A DNA stretch of 64,000 nt from Chloroflexota bacterium (GTDB taxonomy: Bacteria > Chloroflexota > Dehalococcoidia > Lucifugimonadales > Australimonadaceae): contig VXQP01000044.1 in assembly GCA_009838965.1 (NCBI GenBank), positions 2,882 through 66,881 of the forward strand, read 5' to 3'. The first letter of the stretch is position 1; each line of letters begins with the position of its first letter. This document shows positions 45,246-51,948 of this stretch, in pieces. A program made the position numbers and the translations under genes. Under the pieces are notes generated by a model. The model searched no databases, was not told the DNA's origin, and worked only from the letters and a program-made list of their open reading frames with translations.

Positions 45246-46088
45246 GTGATCGTTGACTTCCATACGCACCTGCTGCCCGCCTCTTTCAACGAGCGGCGCT
45301 CGGGGATAGCCGCGCGCGACGCCACGTTCGCTGCGCTCTTCGGCTCGGGCGGCAGGATGGCCACCGCGGAAGACCTGATTGCGGCGATGGACGAGAGCGG
45401 AGTCGACCTCTCCGTCGTGCTCGGCTTCGGCTGGTGCGACCGCGACGTCGCCCGCGAGGCGAACGACTGCCTGCTGGACGCCGCCGCGCGCTATCCGGGG
45501 CGTATCGCGGCGTTCTGCTCCGTGCATCCCGGCTGGGGGGATGACGCCCTGCGTGAGGTGGAGCGCTGCATCGACGCTGGAGCCGTCGGTATCGGCGAGC
45601 TGCATCCCACATCGCAGGAGATCGACCTTGCAACGGACGAGACGCTAGCGCCGCTGGCCCGCCTCGCGGCGGAGCGCGGCTTGCTCGTCACCGTTCACGG
45701 CTCGGAGCCGGTCGGCCACGCCTATCCCGGCAAGGGCTCGACGACGCCGGAGCGGCTGCTCGGGGCGGCGCAGCGGTTCCCGGACGTGCGCTGGGTGTTC
45801 GCCCACTGGGGCGGCGGGCTTCCGTTCTATGCGCTCATGCCCGAGGTGCGCGCCGCGCTCGCCAACACCTGGTTCGACAGCGCGGTGTCGCCGTTCCTCT
45901 ACGACGCCGAGGTGTTCGACGTTGCGATACGTGCCGTGGGCGCGGAGCACGTCCTGTTCGGCTCGGACTACCCCCTGCTGCGTGCGTCCCGAGTGGCGGA
46001 CCAGGCGCGCAGCACGCTCGATGCCGCGGCGGCACGGGCGGTGCTCGGCGGCAACGCCGTGCGGTTGCTGGGGCTCGCCGATGACTGA
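45246..46088 (+). CDS. Amidohydrolase-2 family metal-dependent hydrolase
   Basis: 280 aa. MIVDFHTHLLP metal-binding HxH, TIM-barrel hydrolase pattern, FGSDYP near the C-terminus. Confidence 0.8.
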   Translation: MIVDFHTHLLPASFNERRSGIAARDATFAALFGSGGRMATAEDLIAAMDESGVDLSVVLGFGWCDRDVAREANDCLLDAAARYPGRIAAFCSVHPGWGDDALREVERCIDAGAVGIGELHPTSQEIDLATDETLAPLARLAAERGLLVTVHGSEPVGHAYPGKGSTTPERLLGAAQRFPDVRWVFAHWGGGLPFYALMPEVRAALANTWFDSAVSPFLYDAEVFDVAIRAVGAEHVLFGSDYPLLRASRVADQARSTLDAAAARAVLGGNAVRLLGLADD

Positions 46089-46641
46089 CGCGCCGACGCT
46101 GCCCGACTACCTGCGGCCCGGCCTCGACCTCGTGTTCGTCGGCATCAACCCCGGAGCGTACTCGGCGTCCGTGGGCAAGTACTTCGCGACGCCGCAGAAC
46201 CGGTTCTGGGCCGCGCTCAACCGCTCCGGCCTGACCGGCGGGCGCGAATGCGGCCCCGGCGACGAGGAATGGCTGTTCGAGCATCGCGCCATCGGCTTTA
46301 CGGACGTGGTCAAGCGCGCAAGCAACAGCGCATCGAGCCTTCGCGCCGCTGACTTCCGCGCGTGGGCGCCGCTGACGCGCGAGAAGCTGCTGGCCGCGTC
46401 GCCGCTCGTCGTCTGCTTCAACGGCATCACCGGCTACAAGTGGTTCCTGCAGTACGCGGAGAGCCGGAAACAGGACGACGTCGCGCTCGGCGAGCAGCAG
46501 GATCGGCTGGGTGCGAGCCGCGTGTTCGTCGCGCCGAACCCGAGCCCGGCGAACGCGTCGTACTCGCTGGACGACATCGCGGGCTGGTACCGCCGCCTCG
46601 GCGAGCTGATCGCCCGCGCCAGGGCAGGGCGGGATGGCTGA
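46081..46641 (+). CDS. mug: G/U mismatch-specific uracil DNA glycosylase
   Basis: 186 aa, the last part of track ORF 45829..46641. VFVGINPG...YFATPQNRFW is the Mug/TDG active-site signature. 8-nt overlap with the upstream gene. Confidence 0.85.
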   Translation: MTDAPTLPDYLRPGLDLVFVGINPGAYSASVGKYFATPQNRFWAALNRSGLTGGRECGPGDEEWLFEHRAIGFTDVVKRASNSASSLRAADFRAWAPLTREKLLAASPLVVCFNGITGYKWFLQYAESRKQDDVALGEQQDRLGASRVFVAPNPSPANASYSLDDIAGWYRRLGELIARARAGRDG

Positions 46642-47236
46642 GGATGCCCCGGCGCGACGGGAGCGCAACCTGCGTCTGTTCGTTGCACTCGCCTTCCCGG
46701 ACGAGGTCCGCACCGAGTTGCGGCGCGTCGCAGGCGAGATGCGGACGTTCACGCCGCACGGCACACGATGGGCGAACGTGGACGGCGTGCACCTGACGCT
46801 GCGGTTCATCGGCAGCACTCCACCCGACGCTGCCCCGGTGCTCGGCGAGGCGGTTGCCCGCGCTGCCGAGGGCATCGCGCCATTTGAATTGTCGCTGGCG
46901 GGTGCAGGCGTCTTTCCGCCGCGCGGCGCACCCCGGGTGCTCTGGGTGGGCGTCGGGGGCGCGGTCGACGCACTGACCGGCCTGCGCGACCGCGTCGAGG
47001 ACGCGCTTGCTGAGGCTGGCGTCCCGAGCGACGACCGCGCATTCTCGCCGCACGTCACGCTCGCGCGGGTCAACACGAGGCTGTCGCGGGACGAGTCGCA
47101 GGCCCTGCGCGAGTCCGCCGCGGCGCTGGACGTTCGCCCCGTGCCCTTCACGGTCGAGGAGGTCGGCCTCTACCACAGCGACCTGCTCCCCACCGGTGCG
47201 GTCTACACCCGCCTGGTGGTTGGTCCCCTCTCCTGA
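46634..47236 (+). CDS. thpR: RNA 2',3'-cyclic phosphodiesterase (2H phosphoesterase, ThpR/LigT)
   Basis: 200 aa. Two HxT motifs (HLTLRF, HVTLAR) in the 2H-superfamily spacing. The last codons and stop lie inside repeat module C. Confidence 0.85.
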   Translation: MAEDAPARRERNLRLFVALAFPDEVRTELRRVAGEMRTFTPHGTRWANVDGVHLTLRFIGSTPPDAAPVLGEAVARAAEGIAPFELSLAGAGVFPPRGAPRVLWVGVGGAVDALTGLRDRVEDALAEAGVPSDDRAFSPHVTLARVNTRLSRDESQALRESAAALDVRPVPFTVEEVGLYHSDLLPTGAVYTRLVVGPLS

Positions 47237-47340
47237 GGGAGAGTGCAACGCGCTTCAGTGCGTGGGTGAGGGCCCTCGGAGGGCGAGGGGTGGGTGCCTG
47301 ATTCCTTCCCCCTTGATGGGGGAAGGTGAGGATGGGGGAG
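47225..47340 (+). repeat. Repeat cluster R3: modules C + D
   Basis: C = cccctctcctgagggagag..cgcgcttcag.gcgtgggtgagggccc. D = ttccttcccccttgatgggggaaggtgaggatggggg. Confidence 0.85.
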
Positions 47341-47452
47341 ATTGGCGACAAGTCGAAATTGTGACACCGGCTGGTTTCGCAGTTGACGACATTGCGGTAA
47401 CCTAATCCCAACAACCGAAGTTCGCCGGAACGGAACGTATGCACGGGGACGA

Positions 47453-47485
47453 GCCCCGGCCTTGAGAAAGGGCCGGGGCTTTTTC
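47453..47485 (+). terminator. Rho-independent terminator
   Basis: GCCCCGGCC-ttgagaaag-GGCCGGGGC (9-bp GC stem) followed by TTTTT. It lies 217 nt after the thpR stop and 43 nt before the protease ATG. Confidence 0.6.
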
Positions 47486-47528
47486 GTGTTCGGGTACCGC
47501 GTCGGCGGGCGCATGAGGAGGCGCAGAG

Positions 47529-48218
47529 ATGGTGTCGTACGAGGTGAGCACAGGGGTGAGCGAGCGCGAACGTTGGGAGCGGGAGCGGCTGCTGGAGTCG
47601 TTGGAGGCGTACCGGCGGGGACTGGCTGACGCGCCGGTCGTCCAGAGGTTCTCGATGTGCCGCGCCGTCGCGCCCAACGAGGACCGCCCGCTGACCGTCG
47701 TGGCGTCGGACGAGTCGGCCGACCGTCTGGGCGACGTGGTGCGCGCTGGCGGCTGGGACTTGGACGCGTACAAGCACAACCCCGTTTTCCTGTGGGCGCA
47801 CGACTACACCCGTACGCCCATCGGTCGCAGTTCATGGGTAGGCGTGGATGGCTCGAAGCTGCTGGCGACGGTGGAGTTCGCCCCCACTGCATTCGCGCAG
47901 GAGGTGGAGCTGCTCTACCGGCAGCGGTTCTTACGCGCTGTAAGCGTCGGCTTCCGCGCCAGGGAATTCTCGTTCCGCAAGGGCCGCGACGGCTCGGTGG
48001 ACGGCGTCGAGTACACGAGGCAGGAGCTGCTGGAGCTGAGCGCAGTGCCCGTGCCCGCGAACCCGCACGCGCTGGCGAAGGCGCTCGAAGGCGGGCTCGA
48101 GACGCCGCGGCTGCGTCCGCTGTTCACGTTCGACCTTCCCGCGTCGTGCATCGCGCCGGAGGACGCCCAGCGCGTCCTCAGCGAACTCCGCCGCCTGCGC
48201 GGCCTCGTGTCCGCATGA
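47529..48218 (+). CDS. HK97-family phage prohead (capsid maturation) serine protease, S78/U35-like
   Basis: 229 aa. NPVFLWAHDYTRTPIG (catalytic His context), FLRAVSVGF (Ser context), ELLELSAVPVPANPHA, all typical of the HK97 gp4 family. SD GAGGAGG. Confidence 0.85.
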   Translation: MVSYEVSTGVSERERWERERLLESLEAYRRGLADAPVVQRFSMCRAVAPNEDRPLTVVASDESADRLGDVVRAGGWDLDAYKHNPVFLWAHDYTRTPIGRSSWVGVDGSKLLATVEFAPTAFAQEVELLYRQRFLRAVSVGFRAREFSFRKGRDGSVDGVEYTRQELLELSAVPVPANPHALAKALEGGLETPRLRPLFTFDLPASCIAPEDAQRVLSELRRLRGLVSA

Positions 48219-48220
48219 AG

Positions 48221-48405
48221 CCCGTCGTTCCTGCGGAGGCACGCGCTTTAGCGCGCAACCTCGCAGCCCATCCCCGTCATTCCCGCGAAGGCGGGAATCC
48301 AGAGGTGCGGGACAGCGGAGCGCACACGGGCGGTGTGGCGTCCCTTGTCCCCGCTCCCCTCGCCCTCTGGGAGAGGGAAACGCGCGTCAGCGCGAGGGTG
48401 AGGGT
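48221..48405 (+). repeat. Repeat cluster R4: modules E-variant + A + G + C
   Basis: The segment cccgtcgttcctgcggaggcacgcgctttagcgcgcaacctcgcagccca is almost identical to 53775-53822. It is followed by an A module (cgtcattcccgcgaaggcgggaatccag...) and a C module (...ctgggagagggaaacgcgcgtcagcgcgagggtgaggg). Confidence 0.85.
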
Positions 48406-48450
48406 TGACAACAAAAAACGGCCCATCGCGGCCGGGAAAGGAGGAGAGCG

Positions 48451-48699
48451 ATGCGGATAGCACAGGTGGTGCGCGTGGCGTTGCAGGCGGCGCGGCTGGT
48501 GGATGTCCTCTGCCGGGTTGCGCCGGATGCCGCCGAGGCGCTGGAGAGCGGAGCGCGGTTGATGCGTGAGTCGGCCCGCGCCGCGCCGGACGGACTGACC
48601 CGCACGGAGCGGGACACGCTGGCGTCGTCGGCGCGCAGGTTCGGCGAGGCGCTCGCGGAAGCGATCGAGGCCGCGCCGGTGAACGAACGGGAGAACTGA
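48451..48699 (+). CDS. Hypothetical small Ala/Arg/Glu-rich helical protein between protease and capsid genes
   Basis: 82-aa ORF with strong SD AAAGGAGGAGAG, nearly identical to the SD before ATG 48719. The stop lies 19 nt before that ATG. The high-GC composition makes a shadow ORF possible. Confidence 0.5.
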   Translation: MRIAQVVRVALQAARLVDVLCRVAPDAAEALESGARLMRESARAAPDGLTRTERDTLASSARRFGEALAEAIEAAPVNEREN

Positions 48700-48768
48700 T
48701 CACACAGAAGGAGGAGAGATGTCTGCGATAGACGAGATGCAGAAGGAGATAGTGGAGACGCGGAGTTC

Positions 48769-50043
48769 GTGCGCGAGCGGCTCGGCCCCGTGACCAGGGA
48801 GCTGACCCTCATGCGCGAGGAGCAGGAGCGGCTCGCGGGCGAGGTGCGCTCCGTGCTGGAGCACGACCGCTCGACGCGGCGTGACGCGCTGCTGGGCCGG
48901 ACCTCGAACGACCGCGTCCGCGTGCGCGGTGGGAAGCTCGACGGCTTCGACCTCGTGGACCTCGCCGTGATGCGGAGCCTGCTCGCGGCGCAGCAGGCCC
49001 GCCCGCAGGACTACGACCCGCGAGCGCTCCGCGCGTGGCAGGAGAGCGTCGCCAGGGCGATGGACTCCACGACCGCGGGCGCGGGCGACGAGTTGGTCCC
49101 GCAGGAGGAGGCCCGCCAGCTCTGGGCGGACGTGAACCTCGAGACGGCGGTCGCGTCGCTTTTCGAGACGGTCACGATGCCGTCCAACCCGTTCGACGTG
49201 CCCCTGCAGCTGGGCGACGTCAACTGGTACCCCGGCACGGCGAACACGGCCACGACCGCCACGGACCTGAAGACCGCCAAGCAGACGCTGACAGCGTACG
49301 AGCTCGTCGGCATGGTGCCGTGGGCGTACGAGTTGGACGAGGACGCCGTCGTCGCGATGATGGCCGAGGTGCGCGGCACGCTGATCCGCAACGCGGCGCA
49401 GGTGCTGGACGACGTGCTCCTGAACGCCGACGTGTCCACGACGGGCAACATCAACCACGACGGCGAGAGTCTCACCGCCTCCGCGGCGGGCAAGGCGCAC
49501 TACCTGGTGGGGTTCGACGGCCTCCTGCACCTGCCGCTGATCGACAACGCGGCGATGCGGAACAACTTCAACGCGAAGCCCACCGTCGACATGTGCAATC
49601 AGCTCCGGCGGATGCTGGGCAAGTACGGCGTGCGCCCGTCCGAACTGGCGTTCATCACGGACGTGGGCACGTACATCGCCATGCAGGCGGTGGAGAGCTT
49701 CCAGACACTGGACAAGCTCGGCCCGCGCGCGACGCTCCTCACCGGGCAGTTGGGTGCGGTCGAGGGCGTCCCCGTCATCGTGTCGGAGCAGCTCCGCCTC
49801 GCCGACTCGGACGGCAAGGTCACGTCGGACGGCAACGTCGCGGACACCGGCCGTCTGCTGCTGGTGAACCGCACGCAGTGGCGCAAGGGCTTCAAGCGCG
49901 AGTTGCTCATCGAGACCGAGCGCGACGTCCAGAAGCGCCAGAACGTCATGGTGGTCAGCATGCGCGTGGCCTTCGCGGAACGCTCCGGCGACCGCGCCAA
50001 CGCGACCCACACCGCGCTGCAGTACAACGTGAAGCACTCGTAG
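48769..50043 (+). CDS. HK97-fold phage major capsid protein
   Basis: 424 aa. N-terminal coiled-coil (delta-domain-like) region, then LVPQEEARQLWADVNLETAVASLFETVTMPSNPFDVP...LTAYELVGMVPWAYELDEDAV...VLDDVLLNAD, typical of the Phage_capsid (HK97 gp5) family. The start is ambiguous: GTG 48769, or ATG 48719 in the adjacent frame (see findings). Confidence 0.88.
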   Translation: MRERLGPVTRELTLMREEQERLAGEVRSVLEHDRSTRRDALLGRTSNDRVRVRGGKLDGFDLVDLAVMRSLLAAQQARPQDYDPRALRAWQESVARAMDSTTAGAGDELVPQEEARQLWADVNLETAVASLFETVTMPSNPFDVPLQLGDVNWYPGTANTATTATDLKTAKQTLTAYELVGMVPWAYELDEDAVVAMMAEVRGTLIRNAAQVLDDVLLNADVSTTGNINHDGESLTASAAGKAHYLVGFDGLLHLPLIDNAAMRNNFNAKPTVDMCNQLRRMLGKYGVRPSELAFITDVGTYIAMQAVESFQTLDKLGPRATLLTGQLGAVEGVPVIVSEQLRLADSDGKVTSDGNVADTGRLLLVNRTQWRKGFKRELLIETERDVQKRQNVMVVSMRVAFAERSGDRANATHTALQYNVKHS

Positions 50044-50057
50044 CCGCATCGTGGTGA

Positions 50058-50197
50058 CCTGCCGGTGCGGGAATAGCGTTCGTCATTCCCGCACCGGCGG
50101 GAATCCAGGGTGCGCGGGCAGCGCACGCGGTGGGGAAGATGTGTGGGGTTGTCATGTTGAGCGGAGCCGGAGGCAGAGTCGAAACATCTCTCGGGGG
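50058..50197 (+). repeat. Repeat cluster R5: modules A (with extra inverted arm) + B
   Basis: The 46-nt stretch cgtcattcccgcaccggcgggaatccagggtgcgcgggcagcgcac is identical to 45076-45121. B variant = ttgtcatgttgagcggagccggaggcagagtcgaaacatctctcggggg. Confidence 0.85.
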
Positions 50198-50215
50198 TCT
50201 GCACGCATCGCGTCC

Positions 50216-51049
50216 CTATCGCCCTACCACCTCCGGTTCGCTGAATGCGAGCCGCTCTGCCATGACGCGCACCGCCTCAGGGTTGCTGTCGATGAGGAGG
50301 TAGCGCCTGCCGTTGCGCGCCGCGGACTCCCCGGTCGTCCCCGACCCCGCGAAGAAGTCCATCACGAGGTCGCCGGGGTCGGAGTGCACCCGCACGATGC
50401 GGTTGAGGATGGCGATGGGCTTCTGCGTCGGGTAGCCGGTGCGCTCGCGCCCGACCGTTGGAACGATGGTCTGCCACCACACGTCTGTGGGCGTCTTCCC
50501 GCGTGCGGCTTTCTCGGCTCCCGCGAGCCCCGGAGCCATGTACGGTACGCGGTCGATCTCGTCGTAGTGGAACGTGTACCGCGCGGGGTCCTTCGCATAC
50601 CAGAGGAGCGTGTCGTGCTTCGCGGGCCAGCGGGACTTCGGCCTCCCGCCGTAGTCGTATGCCCAGATGATCTCGTTCATGAAGCAGTCGCGCCCGAACA
50701 GCGCGTCGAGCAGCACCTTGCAGTAGTGTGCCTCCCGGTAGTCGATGTGCAGGAAGAACGAACCCGTTGGCGAGAGGATGCGGTGCGCCTCCACGAGTCG
50801 TGGCTCGAGGAACGCGAGGAAGTCGTCGAAGATGTCGTCGAACGACTGCGCGCCGAGCCGCACCGTCCGGTAGCGCCTGCCCTGGAACCCCGTGCGGTCG
50901 CCGTGCTCGTCGTCGCGCATCGTGCGCACACGCTCGCGGCGTTGCTCCTTCCCCGTGTTGAAGGGCGGGTCGATGTAGATGAGCGCCGCCGCGCCGTCCT
51001 CGATGGCCGGCAGCACGTCCATGTTGTCGGCGAGCACGATGCGGTTCAC
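50216..51049 (-). CDS. Beta-class DNA methyltransferase (N6-adenine or N4-cytosine), orphan
   Basis: IYIDPPFNTG (motif IV) precedes DFFAGSGTTG (motif I), the permuted order of beta-class amino-MTases. Start set at GTG 51049, because the first 13 codons of the track ORF (to 51088) are repeat module E read in reverse. Confidence 0.85.
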   Translation of the reverse strand: MNRIVLADNMDVLPAIEDGAAALIYIDPPFNTGKEQRRERVRTMRDDEHGDRTGFQGRRYRTVRLGAQSFDDIFDDFLAFLEPRLVEAHRILSPTGSFFLHIDYREAHYCKVLLDALFGRDCFMNEIIWAYDYGGRPKSRWPAKHDTLLWYAKDPARYTFHYDEIDRVPYMAPGLAGAEKAARGKTPTDVWWQTIVPTVGRERTGYPTQKPIAILNRIVRVHSDPGDLVMDFFAGSGTTGESAARNGRRYLLIDSNPEAVRVMAERLAFSEPEVVGR

Positions 51050-51054
51050 GTCAA

Positions 51055-51153
51055 CCTCGTCGTTCCTGCGGAGGCAGGAACCGCGCAACCTGTGCGCTTG
51101 TTTCGCTCATGGTGAGCCTGCGCTTGTTCGCTCATGGTGAGCCTGTCGAACCA
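51055..51153 (+). repeat. Repeat cluster R6: module E + tandemly duplicated module F
   Basis: E = cgtcgttcctgcggaggcaggaacc. F = gcgcttgtt(t)cgctcatggtgagcct twice in tandem (51093-51118, 51119-51143), then gtcgaaccac. Confidence 0.8.
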
Positions 51154-51169
51154 CGCGGCGCTTTCCACC

Positions 51170-51883
51170 TCAGCCTCCCACCAGCGACCGCACGTGCGCG
51201 GCTGCTTCCGTTAGCGATGCCACTACGCGTACGCCGTTGGGTGGGGGTGGCCCCGGCTCACGCTGCACGAGCACGGCCTCGATCCCCGCGCTCCGCGCGC
51301 CCTCCACGTCCGCCGGGATGCTGTCGCCGATATGCACAGCCTCAGCGGGCTGTGCCCTCGCCTGCGCAAGCGCCAGTTGGAAGATGCGTGGGTGCGGCTT
51401 GCTCACCCCTGCGGTGGCAGTGCAGGAGCGCACGGGAAGATACCCGGCGATGCCGAGCCGTTCGAGCAGCCCGTTGAGTTCGAGCCCCATGTTGGAGATG
51501 ACGCCCAGCGTCAGCCCCAGCGAACGCAGGTCGGCGAGTGCCGCTTCTGCGTCGGGGAGAAGCGTCAGCTCGTCCGGCGCACTGCGCACGCGCTGCCAGA
51601 CGCGCGCTGCGACGTCGAGGCTCACGCCCGCCGCGCCCGCGTCTGTCAGCAGCCGGCGCTCGTACTCCGCGAAGAAGGCGTCGCGCTCCGGTTGCGTCCG
51701 CTGCTGCACAGGGCGTTTGGCGTTCTCCTCGTCCATATAGGCGTTCGCCGTGCGGTAGCCCGCGGCGATCGCGGCTTGCTCGATAGCGATGCCCTCCGCG
51801 GCCGCGGCCGCCTGCTGCAGGCTTTCCGCCGTCGGCCAGTCCGCGAGCGTGCCGTAGAAATCGAAAAAGACTGCCCGTATCAT
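51170..51883 (-). CDS. HAD-superfamily hydrolase
   Basis: 237 aa. MIRAVFFDFYGTL (DxD-type motif I variant), ISN (motif II), GDS..D (motif IV). Confidence 0.85.
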   Translation of the reverse strand: MIRAVFFDFYGTLADWPTAESLQQAAAAAEGIAIEQAAIAAGYRTANAYMDEENAKRPVQQRTQPERDAFFAEYERRLLTDAGAAGVSLDVAARVWQRVRSAPDELTLLPDAEAALADLRSLGLTLGVISNMGLELNGLLERLGIAGYLPVRSCTATAGVSKPHPRIFQLALAQARAQPAEAVHIGDSIPADVEGARSAGIEAVLVQREPGPPPPNGVRVVASLTEAAAHVRSLVGG

Positions 51884-51902
51884 GCGGCCAGCCTACCACC
51901 TT

Positions 51903-51945
51903 TGCTCCCCTCTCCCCCTTGGGAGAGGGGCTGGGGGTGAGGGTT
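51903..51945 (+). repeat. Repeat cluster R7: module C-prime
   Basis: tgctcccctctcccccttgggagaggggctgggggtgaggg. Same family as 58483-58525 and 53822-53845. Confidence 0.75.
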
Positions 51946-51948
51946 TCC

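Noticed and set aside
47385-47410. Promoter TTGACG ... TAATCC upstream of the 47453 terminator.
   Set aside because: The spacer is only 14 nt, outside the 16-18-nt window, so it is not called. It is mentioned only in the sRNA hypothesis.
48416-48439. Minus-strand terminator-like element (CGGCC-gcgatg-GGCCG followed by T6 on the reverse strand) upstream of the 82-aa ORF.
   Set aside because: The stem is only 5 bp and no minus-strand gene ends nearby. It could equally be an A-rich spacer before the SD on the + strand.
48755-48770. Programmed -1 ribosomal frameshift joining ATG 48719 to the capsid frame.
   Set aside because: There is no slippery X-XXY-YYZ heptamer and no obvious downstream pseudoknot. 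A 1-nt indel or a GTG start is more parsimonious.
48451-50043. Classical (family 1) encapsulin operon, with the 82-aa ORF as cargo.
   Set aside because: The capsid protein has a long delta-like N-terminal region and an adjacent S78-type protease, which are features of true phage heads. The 82-aa ORF has no recognisable C-terminal targeting peptide (it ends ..APVNEREN). The idea is kept only as a domestication hypothesis.
47529-51088. Intact prophage or integrated satellite.
   Set aside because: I found no integrase, excisionase, repressor, terminase, portal, tail or lysis genes, and no att-like tRNA junction. Only the protease, the capsid gene, a small ORF and a methyltransferase are present.
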